Shown here: piece by piece, positions 1 through 9,873 of the stretch
How the letters are laid out: each line of letters begins with the position of its first letter
Numbering within the stretch: position 1 is the first letter of the stretch
The notes under the pieces: model-generated
Databases searched by the model: none
Told to the model about the DNA's origin: nothing
The model's input: only the letters and a program-made list of their open reading frames with translations
Assembly (NCBI GenBank): GCA_965219575.1
Contig: OZ244779.1
Span: 1,036,769-1,100,768, forward strand
Source: Candidatus Oxydemutatoraceae bacterium
Lineage (GTDB): Bacteria > Pseudomonadota > Gammaproteobacteria > Poriferisulfidales > Oxydemutatoraceae
Reading direction: 5' to 3'
Length of the DNA stretch: 64,000 bases
Program-made: the position numbers and the translations under genes

Positions 1-603
1 GTGCGAGGTTGTGCCACCGTATTCGGTTACAAAACCACCTATCTTTTGATGTTCGAACATGATGGTGTCGGCGGGTGCCAAATCGTCCGAGACTATAATA
101 TAACCTTTGAGTTGCTTCGTCTGTTTGTCACCGGTCTGCTTGCCGTCTTTGTCGACGACTTTATCCTTCTCCAGCGCGGTTTGTATCAAGCGGATGATAT
201 GCTCTACATCGTTGCGTCTGGTCTTTAGATAACTATCTTGCATTGCGTCGAAGATTTGAACCAACTTATTCTTTTGTATATCGAGAGCCCACTCGGCATT
301 GCATAATTGCTCTCTTATAATCTGTATCGGAGCTTGCTTCAGAGGTACATCGGCTATCATCAATAAATGCGAGTCTATGAATGTAGCGATTTCCTCGGGC
401 GCATCACCGGGAATCAGTTTTCTAACATTCTTCAAGTGCGCCACCGCAAGTTTGTGCGCTCTATTGAAACGAGCGATTTCCGACCGTACTCGACTTTTGC
501 TTATCTTATAATGGGTAATCTCACCTTCACCGTGCTCGAACAGATGTACCGGACCTATGCCTATGCCTTTAGACACACCGCTACCGTTCAACAACATCGC
601 CAT
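1..603 (-). CDS. ptsI: PEP-protein phosphotransferase (PTS enzyme I), 5' part; runs off the window edge
   Basis: Not in the ORF track. Minus strand from ATG at 603 reads MAMLLNGSGVSKGIGIGPVHL..., a typical EI N-terminus, directly downstream of HPr. Confidence 0.85.
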   Translation of the reverse strand, partial: MAMLLNGSGVSKGIGIGPVHLFEHGEGEITHYKISKSRVRSEIARFNRAHKLAVAHLKNVRKLIPGDAPEEIATFIDSHLLMIADVPLKQAPIQIIREQLCNAEWALDIQKNKLVQIFDAMQDSYLKTRRNDVEHIIRLIQTALEKDKVVDKDGKQTGDKQTKQLKGYIIVSDDLAPADTIMFEHQKIGGFVTEYGGTTSH

Positions 604-605
604 GT

Positions 606-875
606 TTATTCCTCCTCCCCGAAACGGTCGTTTATAAGTTTGCAAAGCCCGTTTGCCGCTTCTTCTTCGTCCTCGCCGTTTATGGTCAGCAACAGCGGCG
701 TGTCTTTTGCCGCAGCCAACATAATAACGCCCATGATGCTCTTGCCGTTGACCGTTTGATCGTCTTTGCTTATCTTTATATCGCTTGCGAAGCTCGACGC
801 AAGTGAAACAAACTTCGCCGCAGCTCGGGCATGCAACCCCAGCTTATTGATAATTGTAGCCTCGAGCTTCACCAC
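606..875 (-). CDS. ptsH: HPr/NPr phosphocarrier protein
   Basis: GLHARAAAKFV His15 motif and GKSIMG Ser46 motif. Confidence 0.95.
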   Translation of the reverse strand: MVKLEATIINKLGLHARAAAKFVSLASSFASDIKISKDDQTVNGKSIMGVIMLAAAKDTPLLLTINGEDEEEAANGLCKLINDRFGEEE

Positions 876-1255
876 GGTCGTACCACGCTATCGCGCCCCC
901 CTTCGTATGCTTTCCGGGCAAGTGCTTCGCCTTCCAAATAATCATAATTCAGCACTTTGAGTAACATCGCTAGATTGAGTCCGCCCACCAACCATCTATT
1001 CGCATCACCGTGAAACTGCATCGCAATATTAGAGGGCGTTGCACCGTACAAGTCGGTCAATAGCAACACACCGGAGCCTTGATCGAGTTCCGCACAATAT
1101 CGCTTTAACCCGATAACTTCGTTCTCCGGCACGCAGTCGTACGATACCGCATAAACGCTTATACGAGTAGACGAAGACGGCATCAATCTTTCGGCGGTCG
1201 CCGCAAGACTATCACCGATACCGTTATGGGTAAGCAATAAAATAGAAGTTGCCAT
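869..1255 (-). CDS. PTS mannose/fructose-type EIIA component
   Basis: LLTH, LLLTDLYGATPSN and GLNLAMLL motifs; located between rapZ and ptsH. Confidence 0.9.
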   Translation of the reverse strand: MATSILLLTHNGIGDSLAATAERLMPSSSTRISVYAVSYDCVPENEVIGLKRYCAELDQGSGVLLLTDLYGATPSNIAMQFHGDANRWLVGGLNLAMLLKVLNYDYLEGEALARKAYEGGRDSVVRPW

Positions 1256-1288
1256 CGTCTTATTTACACCGTGCGAGTCGAGACATCG

Positions 1289-2149
1289 CTATATATCTCT
1301 ATGCTCTTTATTGATATCGTATTCGGGCTTCTCTTCGGATAACTTTAGATAGAGTTTTTCTACCATATACACCGAACGATGGCGCCCACCGGTACATCCC
1401 ACGGATACCGTAAAATAAGAACGTATGTCGGATTCGTAGTACGGTATCCATTTTTCCAAAAAAGCAAAAACATCGTCGAATAACTCTATGCTCTTGGGCG
1501 ACTTATCCAGGAAAGCTCGCACCTCCGAATCAGTGCCCAAGTGCCGTCTCAATTCGGGTATCCAATACGGATTTGCCAAACAACGCACATCAAAAATATA
1601 GTCCGAGTTTGAAGGAACACCTTTTTTGTAACCGAAAGACTTCAGTAGTATAGAGAGTGGCACTTTATTTAATTCTAGCTGCTTGGCGACGATGTCACGC
1701 AATTCGTATTGGTTCATGCTCGTGGTATCTATACAAATACCGGCGCACGAGGCAATCTTGTCGAGCAGGTTCGTCTCGGTTTTTATGCAGGCTTTCAACG
1801 GCTTGCTCTCGTATATAGACAACGGGTGCGGACGACGCGTCTCGTTATAGCGATGCTCCAATACCTCCTCGGATGCTCTTAAAAAAATGAGTTTTGTATC
1901 AAACCCGGCATTTTCCAACCGTTCCAGTATCAATTTAATATCGGTGGATTGGGTGATTAAGTTGCGGGTATCTATGCTGACTGCGATTCTATCGCCGAGT
2001 TTGATTTGCTCGGCGAGCAAGCGCTTAGTCAGTTCGTCGAGAAATTCCAAAGGCATGTTGTCTATGCAGTAAAAGTGATGGTCTTCCAGAGTCTGCAATG
2101 TCACCGACTTGCCGGCACCCGATAGACCGCCGACGATAACAAATCTCAT
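1289..2149 (-). CDS. rapZ: RNase adapter RapZ (P-loop)
   Basis: GLSGAGKS, YNETRRPHPL, SFGYKKG, DVRCLANP and GCTGGRHRSV motifs. Confidence 0.95.
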   Translation of the reverse strand: MRFVIVGGLSGAGKSVTLQTLEDHHFYCIDNMPLEFLDELTKRLLAEQIKLGDRIAVSIDTRNLITQSTDIKLILERLENAGFDTKLIFLRASEEVLEHRYNETRRPHPLSIYESKPLKACIKTETNLLDKIASCAGICIDTTSMNQYELRDIVAKQLELNKVPLSILLKSFGYKKGVPSNSDYIFDVRCLANPYWIPELRRHLGTDSEVRAFLDKSPKSIELFDDVFAFLEKWIPYYESDIRSYFTVSVGCTGGRHRSVYMVEKLYLKLSEEKPEYDINKEHRDI

Positions 2150-3090
2150 CGACCGGCATCCATATAGTTTCTTTGCCGAGCGGCGATTTCCTCTTCGGCG
2201 TAGTAGCCACCGACACGAAGAATATGATTTCTTGCTGCTGCTTCAACCAACACGGCTAGGTTGCGCCCCGGCGCAACCGGCAAGGTGAAAACCGGAATCT
2301 CCAGACCGAGTACGTTCATCGTACGTTGTGCACTTTTTAGGCGGTCTTTATTGACGCTCGGGTCTTTGCCGGCAAATTTAAGATCTATAATCTGACGCAG
2401 ATATTTAGTTTCTTTGACCGCGCTGTTGCCGTACATTTGGCGAATGTTCAAAATACCCAAACCGCGCACCTCCAAAAAATCTTGGATCGTCGGCGGGGCG
2501 GTGCCTTGTACGATATCGGGTGCGATACGAGTGAACACCGGCGAATCGTCGGCTATTAGACGGTGTCCTCGGGTAATCAATTCCAATGCAAGTTCGCTCT
2601 TCCCTACCCCGCTATCGCCGCTAAGCAATACGCCGATGCTGATGACTTCCATGAATACACCGTGCATCGTTAATTTTTCGGCAAGTGTTCGAGATAAATA
2701 ATAGCGCAAATCATCGACTAAGGGTTCTCCACCCAGCGAGGAAATAAATAAGGCGATATTTCGTCTGTCTGCTAAGGCTTGTATATCCGGCATGGGTTTC
2801 TGTGCATTACTGACGAGTACCGCCAAACAAGTCTCGCTGAATAAATTATGTAATGCGTTGTCCAACACACTACCCTTCAACGACTCTAGATACGCCATCT
2901 CGGCATTATCCAATATATGTACCTGACTCGAATGTATAGGATTGAAATAACCTACGATATCAACGGGCTGATTTTCTCCGTGCTTGATGAAACGTTTATC
3001 GGCGGACCCTCGTCCTGCAACCCACTGCAGTTGTAGCTGATCCTTCAGATGGTCGAATAGTTCGCCGACCGTAGGGATATTCGCACTCAT
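2146..3090 (-). CDS. hprK: HPr kinase/phosphorylase
   Basis: GDSGVGKSELALELITRGHRLIADD, LEVRGLGI and PVAPGRNLA motifs. Confidence 0.95.
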   Translation of the reverse strand: MSANIPTVGELFDHLKDQLQLQWVAGRGSADKRFIKHGENQPVDIVGYFNPIHSSQVHILDNAEMAYLESLKGSVLDNALHNLFSETCLAVLVSNAQKPMPDIQALADRRNIALFISSLGGEPLVDDLRYYLSRTLAEKLTMHGVFMEVISIGVLLSGDSGVGKSELALELITRGHRLIADDSPVFTRIAPDIVQGTAPPTIQDFLEVRGLGILNIRQMYGNSAVKETKYLRQIIDLKFAGKDPSVNKDRLKSAQRTMNVLGLEIPVFTLPVAPGRNLAVLVEAAARNHILRVGGYYAEEEIAARQRNYMDAGR

Positions 3091-3536
3091 GAGACGGGCA
3101 TCTTGAGACGATGCAATAAATCGGATTCATTTTTTGCCGACAATAGTTCGTTCACATTAGCCGTCTCGTTAAAATGGCTTGCTAGGCTTGCCAAAATATC
3201 CAAATGCTGTTGTGTTGCATCCGACGGAAAAAGCAAAGCAAATATGAGTTTCACCGGCAACCCATCGGGTGCTTCGTAATCTACCCCTTGCGATACTCGC
3301 AATAATGCCACGATCGGATTGCTCAAACCATCGATGCGGCAATGCGGAATCGCAACTCCTTTGCCTATCGCAGTACTACCCAACTGCTCGCGCTCGAATA
3401 GACTTGCCAGTACGACATGGGGGTCTAGCGGCGTAGATTGACACACCATCTCGGACAATATCACCAAAGATTTCTTTTTGGTTGCCGAGACTATCAGTCT
3501 TATGTGTTCCGAATCTAGATAATCGCTAAAATTCAT
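3087..3536 (-). CDS. ptsN: PTS EIIA(Ntr)
   Basis: EREQLGSTAIGKGVAIPHCR motif. Confidence 0.9.
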   Translation of the reverse strand: MNFSDYLDSEHIRLIVSATKKKSLVILSEMVCQSTPLDPHVVLASLFEREQLGSTAIGKGVAIPHCRIDGLSNPIVALLRVSQGVDYEAPDGLPVKLIFALLFPSDATQQHLDILASLASHFNETANVNELLSAKNESDLLHRLKMPVS

Positions 3537-3538
3537 TG

Positions 3539-3868
3539 CTATCTTTTAGCTTTGATATTATGATGCACAACTTCTTTGGAGTGGTGGTCTCTTAATTTTT
3601 CCTTATGTTTGACTATTTGACGATTGAGCTTAGGAATAAGCCTATCTATCGTCGTGTACATATCGTCGGATTTGGCACGAACAAAAAAATCGTGGTGGCT
3701 GGCATGCACGGTTATCTCCGCAATATGCAAATTTTTCTCTATCTTTAGTACGACATGTGCGGTCACCAGATGGTCGAAGTGTTTGCGTATTTTCTCTAAT
3801 TTTTCGTTGATATGCGTTTCTATAGGTTTTGTAACATCAAAACCTTGTCCGAATATTTGAATTTCCAT
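3539..3868 (-). CDS. hpf: Ribosome hibernation promoting factor (RaiA/HPF family)
   Basis: DMYTTID...KLNRQIVKHKEK motif; upstream of ptsN. Confidence 0.9.
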   Translation of the reverse strand: MEIQIFGQGFDVTKPIETHINEKLEKIRKHFDHLVTAHVVLKIEKNLHIAEITVHASHHDFFVRAKSDDMYTTIDRLIPKLNRQIVKHKEKLRDHHSKEVVHHNIKAKR

Positions 3869-3991
3869 AGATTTCTCCTTGTTTGGCTTCGTATTTTATC
3901 TAAATGCAGTAGGCTTAGTCTATAATACATCTTCCAACACGATTACGATTGATTACTTATTTTATCACTATGCCCGACCGAGGCGCACCCG

Positions 3992-4501
3992 ATGAATAAA
4001 GAAATTATAGAAAAAGCCTCGCAAATAAAACTGGTAGCCTTTGATGTAGACGGTGTATTGACCGACGGCAGACTCATATGGACCAACGAAGGCGGAGAGG
4101 CTAGAAGTTTTGATGTCAAAGACGGAACCGGCATACGCTTATTGCTCGCCCACCGCATAGAAGTTGCGGTAATCAGTGCGCGAAAATCTATCATCGTCGA
4201 AAACAGAATGAAAGATCTCGGTGTCAAGCATGTATTTCAGGGCTGTTTTGATAAAAAATCGATTCTGGATGCCCTGATCGTCATGTTGGATATCACCCTG
4301 CAGCAGGTTGCTTATACGGGCGACGATTTTATAGACTTGCCGGCGATGAACTCGGTGGGTCTTGCCTTAGCTCCTGCCGACTCGCACGAAACAGTCAGGC
4401 AACAAGCCGACTGGATCACTTCAGCGGACGGTGGACGCGGTGCTGCGCGTCAAGTCTGCGACCTTATCCTCAAAGCGCAAAGCCTCGGTCCGTATGAATA
4501 G
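3992..4501 (+). CDS. kdsC: KDO 8-phosphate phosphatase (HAD family)
   Basis: FDVDGVLTDG, FDVKDG, GDDFID and GGRGAARQVCD motifs. Confidence 0.92.
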   Translation: MNKEIIEKASQIKLVAFDVDGVLTDGRLIWTNEGGEARSFDVKDGTGIRLLLAHRIEVAVISARKSIIVENRMKDLGVKHVFQGCFDKKSILDALIVMLDITLQQVAYTGDDFIDLPAMNSVGLALAPADSHETVRQQADWITSADGGRGAARQVCDLILKAQSLGPYE

Positions 4502-4591
4502 ATGCCGACTATTAAAATAATTTTTTTATGCTATACATAGTACAATATGCGATTAAATTAAAGGCAGACCCGCGTCTGCCGATAGAGTTTC

Positions 4592-4662
4592 GGCTAGTTG
4601 GCAGAATGGTCATGCAGCGGCCTGCAAAGCCGTTTACGCCGGTTCGATTCCGGCACTAGCCT
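4592..4662 (+). tRNA. tRNA-Cys(GCA); CCA not encoded
   Basis: GGCTAGT/ACTAGCC acceptor stem, anticodon arm GCGGC-CTGCAAA-GCCGT, T-loop GGTTCGATTCC. Confidence 0.93.
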
Positions 4663-4697
4663 TTGCCGACAAAAAACACCGAAGCCCACGATTGCAT

Positions 4698-4786
4698 GCC
4701 CGGGTGGCGAAATTGGTAGACGCAAGGGACTTAAAATCCCTCGAGCAGTGATGCTCGTGCCGGTTCGACTCCGGCCCCGGGCACCA
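4698..4786 (+). tRNA. tRNA-Leu(TAA)
   Basis: GCCCGGG acceptor, D-loop AATTGGTAGAC, anticodon loop CTTAAAA, long variable arm, GGTTCGACTCC, encoded ACCA end. Confidence 0.95.
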
Positions 4787-4814
4787 CCGAGAATACCCAC
4801 CGGATTCAGCAATA

Positions 4815-4878
4815 CTAATTTCGCCTCGCCGAATATGACAAATAGCCGTATAAAGCTGTTATACACGGTGGTGTCGCA
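4815..4878 (-). pseudogene. 3' remnant of a paralogous GT25 gene
   Basis: 4821-4878 is an imperfect direct repeat of 4892-4949. It translates as ATPPCITALYGYLSYSARRN*, versus VTPPCITALYSYLAYSTRRH in the intact gene. Confidence 0.7.
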
Positions 4879-5851
4879 GAGGAAGATCATGTCGCCTCGT
4901 TGAATATGCCAAATAGCTGTATAAAGCTGTTATGCACGGGGGTGTCACAATAGACAACCTGACCTCGTTGCGTTCGGCTAATGCCTTAGGAATGAAATCA
5001 ATATGTCCATGCTTATCGGTTAATGCTTCCTTTTTCCACTTTTCAGCCGTCTCTAATCTAAGCATATAACCCATACCTCCCTGACAATATTCGGGCAACT
5101 TACTCGCTATATAGTAGTTATCCGTAATGTGGTGCTTGAATGCCTTGTCGTGAGAGAAGGCAGCACCCATTTTGGATACATAATATTGCCAAAAAGCTTG
5201 TTTCTCTTGTACATTTTCAAAATTTATTACTACTCGATTTATATCAAAACTACTTTTGCGGACTATACTATACGGATATAAATGCCAATGGCGTTTAACG
5301 ATATTAAAAGCACATTGCATCGCTATCAAATGTTGCCTTAGACTCAACCGCGGCTTGTGCATATAATGTTTTATCAATTTCCGACACACGGAACGATATG
5401 ACTTATGTCTCATGATACTCACTAGAGTATTTATTAGTCTCCCGACACTATCCGAATGATTAGCGAGCATTAATATGTCCCAGGGAAATTGCTGCACATT
5501 ATTTAATATCTCGGGAAATACGGGGGATATATCGGTATCATCTTCTAATATACAGGCTAGCGGGATATTATTCTTTATCATCGAATTGTAGGCTTTAATG
5601 TGACTGAACAAAATTGCATACGGGGACCATGTAGATGACCATATAGATACATTTTTTTCTATGGCATCTTCGTTCATGCCGAATTCTCGGGCAACCTTGA
5701 GGCGGTAATCTTTAGAGAAAAAATCGCGCCCGTCAAATGCTTCTATAATTTGATATTTCAGATTCAGAGCATCGAGCTGTCTTTGTACGGATAATCTACG
5801 CTCCGGTACTCGCCTTAGACTGATTACATAAATAGGGATGTCGGTGCTCAT
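4859..5851 (-). CDS. Glycosyltransferase family 25 (LPS/LOS biosynthesis-like)
   Basis: IYVISL..VPERR, AFDG, SHIKAY, ILEDD and GYML motifs; AT-rich. Confidence 0.85.
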   Translation of the reverse strand: MSTDIPIYVISLRRVPERRLSVQRQLDALNLKYQIIEAFDGRDFFSKDYRLKVAREFGMNEDAIEKNVSIWSSTWSPYAILFSHIKAYNSMIKNNIPLACILEDDTDISPVFPEILNNVQQFPWDILMLANHSDSVGRLINTLVSIMRHKSYRSVCRKLIKHYMHKPRLSLRQHLIAMQCAFNIVKRHWHLYPYSIVRKSSFDINRVVINFENVQEKQAFWQYYVSKMGAAFSHDKAFKHHITDNYYIASKLPEYCQGGMGYMLRLETAEKWKKEALTDKHGHIDFIPKALAERNEVRLSIVTPPCITALYSYLAYSTRRHDLPLRHHRV

Positions 5852-5908
5852 AAAAAATTAAAATTAGTAGATTGTTTTAGCAGCGACTTAAGTATGGTTT
5901 ATGATTAC

Positions 5909-6316
5909 CTAAGCAATGAGTGTGCAAACCACCGAACGTTTTTTAGCGTGGCTACGATGCTCCCACAAATAAATACCTTGCCATACACCGAGCATCAACC
6001 GTCCCGCTTGTACCGGTAGGTTTAATTCGCTCTTAGTAAGTACCGACCGTATATGCGCGGACATGTCGTCGGGACCTTCGGCGGTATGCCGATACAAAGG
6101 ATCTCCGTCAACCACCAGTCTACTCATAAAATTCTCCAAATCCGAATGAACGGTGGGATCGGCATTCTCGGTGATAACCAACGACGCACTGGTATGCCGA
6201 ACGAACAAATGACACAAGCCTTCGGCATCGGTAGGCAATAGATTCTGAACGTCGCGACTTAAGTCATATAACCCTTTGCCTTCGGTCTCGCACGATATAG
6301 TTCCTAAAAATGTCAT
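5909..6316 (-). CDS. yjbQ: YjbQ/UPF0047 family protein
   Basis: HTSASL..TENADP, H..EGPDDMSAH and LGVWQGIYLWEHR motifs. Start reassigned to ATG 6316 to avoid overlapping ispG. Confidence 0.9.
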   Translation of the reverse strand: MTFLGTISCETEGKGLYDLSRDVQNLLPTDAEGLCHLFVRHTSASLVITENADPTVHSDLENFMSRLVVDGDPLYRHTAEGPDDMSAHIRSVLTKSELNLPVQAGRLMLGVWQGIYLWEHRSHAKKRSVVCTLIA

Positions 6317-6374
6317 CTTATAATTGGCTGTCGTTGTATAATATCCGATACATTTTATACGAGTTGCGCTATAA

Positions 6375-7622
6375 ATGACACAAAACATAAAACTTCCCGC
6401 GATACATAGACGACGCACCGTGCCGGTGCAGGTTGCTAATATCACGATCGGTGGTACGGCACCTATCGTGGTGCAATCGATGACTGCCACCGACACCACC
6501 GACATTGAAGCAACCACTGCGGAAATTATAGAACTCGCACAGGCGGGATCGGAATTGGTGCGTATCACCGTCAATAACGAGGCGGCAGCCCGCGCAATTC
6601 CCGAAATCGTAGAAAAATTGGATGCCTCGGACAATCGTGTTCCGTTAGTAGGCGACTTCCATTACAACGGTCATAAACTAGTACGCAAATATCCCGAATG
6701 TATTGCACATCTGGACAAGCTACGCATCAACCCCGGTAATGTGGGACGCGGTGCTAAACACGACACGCAGTTTGCCGAAATGATAGAATACGCGTGTCTA
6801 CATCAAAAGCCCGTTCGCATCGGTGTGAATTGGGGAAGTTTGGATCAAGACCTGCTAAAAAGCAGACTAGACGATAATGCCAAATTACAAAACCCGCTAT
6901 CGTTGGACGAAATCACTTACAAGACGATGATCGAGTCGGCATTGCAAAGTGCCGAACGAGCCGAGAACTTAGGTTTAGCGCATAACGCAATCATCTTGTC
7001 GTGCAAACTCAGTGATTTGCAAGGTTTGGTTTGCGTGTACCGAATGCTCGCCAAACAATGCGATTATCCGCTTCATTTGGGTCTCACCGAAGCCGGTATG
7101 GGACGGCGTGGGACGGTTAACTCCAGTGCAGCGTTGGCAATCTTACTTCAGGAGGGCATCGGCGATACGATACGAGTTTCGCTCACCCCGAAACCCGGTG
7201 GCAGCCGTAGCGAAGAGGTACGCATTGCGCAAGATATTTTGCAAGCCCTCAAGTTACGCGCTTTTATCCCTTCGGTAATCGCCTGCCCCGGCTGTGGGCG
7301 CACGAGTAGCGATTATTTTCAGAAACTCGCATCCGAAATACAAAGCTACATACAGCAGAGAATGCCCGATTGGAAAACACAATACCCCGGTGCCGAAAAA
7401 ATGACCGTTGCGGTAATGGGATGCGTAGTCAACGGACCCGGGGAAAGTAAGCATGCGGATATAGGCATCAGCTTGCCGGGCAGCGGCGAACGTCCGGTAG
7501 CACCCGTTTATATAGACGGCAAACATGAACTGACTCTATCCGGCGATAGCTTGGTAGCCGACTTCAAGGCACTCATAGAAAGATATGTCGGAGAGAACCA
7601 CCGGAGCATCGGGACAAAGTAG
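6375..7622 (+). CDS. ispG: HMBPP synthase (flavodoxin-dependent)
   Basis: [36 protein letters not shown] and GCVVNGPGE motifs. Confidence 0.97.
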   Translation: MTQNIKLPAIHRRRTVPVQVANITIGGTAPIVVQSMTATDTTDIEATTAEIIELAQAGSELVRITVNNEAAARAIPEIVEKLDASDNRVPLVGDFHYNGHKLVRKYPECIAHLDKLRINPGNVGRGAKHDTQFAEMIEYACLHQKPVRIGVNWGSLDQDLLKSRLDDNAKLQNPLSLDEITYKTMIESALQSAERAENLGLAHNAIILSCKLSDLQGLVCVYRMLAKQCDYPLHLGLTEAGMGRRGTVNSSAALAILLQEGIGDTIRVSLTPKPGGSRSEEVRIAQDILQALKLRAFIPSVIACPGCGRTSSDYFQKLASEIQSYIQQRMPDWKTQYPGAEKMTVAVMGCVVNGPGESKHADIGISLPGSGERPVAPVYIDGKHELTLSGDSLVADFKALIERYVGENHRSIGTK

Positions 7623-7640
7623 CCCCGCCGTTTGTCGCAT

Positions 7641-7672
7641 AGAACCGCCGATTGAACCGGTAGGTCAATCGG
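7641..7672. repeat. Palindrome family P copy
   Basis: AGAACCGCCGATTGAACCGGTAGGTCAATCGG; matches copies at 10295, 44231, 51919, 53168, 57799 and 58716. Confidence 0.85.
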
Positions 7673-7695
7673 ACGCAATTATCCGTTGATATTCT

Positions 7696-8648
7696 CTAGG
7701 TATTCCAATCGTATCCCGAGAAAAAATCATATTTTCCAATAAGCGATGCGATGTTGCGTTTTTTGTCTTTCGTCCAGTCATAGTCCATGCGACTCTTATG
7801 AACTTCTTTATTAACTACGGAGGCGCAATCATCCAGATAATCGGGAGAGACGGGTACTTGTAAAAAATCACAAATTTTAGCTAATTGTGAACGGGGGTTC
7901 GCAACCATATCTTCATGTTTAGACATAAATACATCCTGAGGGTCGCTGTTTTTAAGAATTTCCACATTTTTCTCACAAAGATCTAAAAGTATATCTGCAC
8001 TTTGCATTGTTGCGTATTTACCGTAAATGGTTCCTTTAGTATGCCACATGTCAACACTATATCTTTGCATCGTTGCGTATATATCGTAAGGATTACGGAT
8101 TGTGAAAATAAATTTTAGGCCTATATCTCTTTCCGCTAATTTTTTTCTTAGGTCTTTTAGCATAGAAACTTTGAAATCCTCTAAGTTCCATTCAGAGTCT
8201 TTGTTTCCTATGACTTTCAACTGTTTGAAAAGGCCTTGATACTGATTGGGAACTAAAATATACCTTGCTATTCTGTTTTCATAGGGACCTTTTCTGTGTG
8301 TTATGTATGTATGTATGTATGTATGTATGTATGTATGTATGTATGTATGTATGTATGTATGTATGTATCATTATTTTTATTATGATACATATTATGAAGT
8401 GACAGCATCTTTAAATCATGCTTTAAAAGCCGATCAAATATTCTGTTTAAGTCATTTATTCCGTGCTTTTGTATGTATTGAATAGGATAAAATGCCTCAT
8501 CGGCCATAACGATATTAGGATGTGCCGTCAGCAAATAACCTAGTAATGAACCACCTGATCTAGGAAAACCGAATGTTAACGGCATTATCCGGATATGCTT
8601 ATAAGGTTGTTTGTGATTTTTAGAGATATATTTGAAGAAAGTTCTCAT
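7696..8648 (-). CDS. Sulfotransferase-family gene, currently frameshifted at a tetranucleotide tract (phase-OFF or pseudogene)
   Basis: The 5' ORF has a PAPS-binding-like GFPRSGGSLLGYLLTAHPNI motif. The 3' frame is open from the repeat onward (YILVPNQYQGLFKQLKVIGNK, IRNPYD, HEDMVANP..L..ICDFL). Confidence 0.85.
8302..8368. repeat. Perfect microsatellite (TATG)16+TAT, i.e. (ATAC)n on the coding strand
   Basis: Counted directly: 67 nt, uninterrupted. Confidence 0.98.
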
Positions 8649-8851
8649 GCTATCGCCTCTTCGGATATGCCGGAGGACTGATAGGCTAATAGACCGTGCG
8701 GGGGGATTTCATTATGACTTCTATGTTGATTTTTTATGGTCACTCTTGTATCGTTGGATTAAGTTTTTTTGACTTTTCTAGCTTATCGGAAAAACTCATT
8801 TTAGCATTAGATACTAAATTCGGGGAGAACGTCAGGTCAATCTACGAGATT

Positions 8852-9865
8852 TTAATTCTGCGGGCTTTGGTAAGTGCCTTCGGATGCTTGGCTATTGCGA
8901 TATGCCAGTTCTCCAAATGTTTGTTGTGCTTCTGCAGTTTTGGATTCACCCCACAATTTCATCGCTTGCTGTTGCAGTCCACGACCGTACGAAAAAGTGA
9001 GCCGCCACGGCGCACCTTCGCGCAATGCAAGACGATTGATTGCATCCAAATGGGCGGTTGCTTTTTCATCGCTTTGTCCGCCGGAAAGAAACGCAATGCC
9101 GGGCACCGCTGCCGGCACGGTAGATTTCAAGCAGGCAAGAGTATGTTCGGCAACCGTATTCACATCGGCTTGATCCGGACAATCGCTTCCCGATAAAACC
9201 ATATTGGGTTTTAATACAATTCCGTTCAGCTGGACACCTTGAGTACGTAATTCACTAAACACTTCGTTTTGGGTACATTCGCTGACTTCATAGCAATCTT
9301 CTATACTGTGGTGTCCGTCCATGAGTACTTCGGGTTCGACGATAGGCACTATATTTTGTTCTTGACATAATGCCGCATAACGCGCCAGCGCATGGGCATT
9401 TGCATGGATACAAGCCGAAGACGGCATATCGCCGCCGATAGTAATGACCGCGCGCCATTTTGCGAAACGTGCGCCCATCTCGGCGTATTCTTTCAGACGC
9501 TCGCGCAACCCGTCCAAGCCTTCGGTAATCTTTTCGCCTTCGTAGCCGGCGAGTGCTTTAGCACCTTGGTCTACTTTAATTCCGGGAATAATGCCTCTAG
9601 ATTCAAGGTGTTTTGCAAAAGGGACACCATCGTCGGTTTTTTGGCGTATCGTTTCGTCGAAGAGGATAGCGGCGGATATGTATTGTTCTATGTCGGGTGT
9701 GGTGACCAAAACGCTACGATAGCTTTTGCGGTTCTCTTCGGTTGTAGGGATGCCTAGCTTTGCAAAACGTTTGTCGCAGGTAGGCTTGCTTTCGTCCATT
9801 GCCAAAATGCCTCTGGTAGGTGCGACCATAGCTTGGGCGGTTGCGTGCAGTGTTTCCGAATTCAT
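8852..9865 (-). CDS. Fructose-bisphosphate aldolase class I
   Basis: GILAMDES, GIKVDQG, FAKWRAV, VPIVEPEV, LKPNMV, FLSGGQS and FSYGR motifs. Confidence 0.95.
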   Translation of the reverse strand: MNSETLHATAQAMVAPTRGILAMDESKPTCDKRFAKLGIPTTEENRKSYRSVLVTTPDIEQYISAAILFDETIRQKTDDGVPFAKHLESRGIIPGIKVDQGAKALAGYEGEKITEGLDGLRERLKEYAEMGARFAKWRAVITIGGDMPSSACIHANAHALARYAALCQEQNIVPIVEPEVLMDGHHSIEDCYEVSECTQNEVFSELRTQGVQLNGIVLKPNMVLSGSDCPDQADVNTVAEHTLACLKSTVPAAVPGIAFLSGGQSDEKATAHLDAINRLALREGAPWRLTFSYGRGLQQQAMKLWGESKTAEAQQTFGELAYRNSQASEGTYQSPQN

Positions 9866-9873
9866 AACAGACG

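Noticed and set aside
4563-4580. Hairpin GGCAGAC-CCGC-GTCTGCC resembling the REP core upstream of tRNA-Cys
   Set aside because: It lacks the GTAG tetranucleotide and is too short to assign; it could be a kdsC terminator or a decayed REP.
4698-4786. tRNA-Leu as the attachment site of an integrated element
   Set aside because: No integrase, and no convincing duplicate of the tRNA 3' end was seen.
4594-4903. Two ~100-aa ORFs on opposite strands
   Set aside because: They overlap tRNA-Cys and tRNA-Leu and are shadow ORFs.
4821-4949. Repeat pair as a diversity-generating retroelement TR/VR
   Set aside because: Mismatches are not confined to adenines and no reverse transcriptase is in the window.
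6317-6634. N-terminal extension of the yjbQ ORF
   Set aside because: It is antisense to ispG; family similarity begins at ATG 6316.
8303-8485. ORF MYVCMYVC...
   Set aside because: Antisense translation of the microsatellite.
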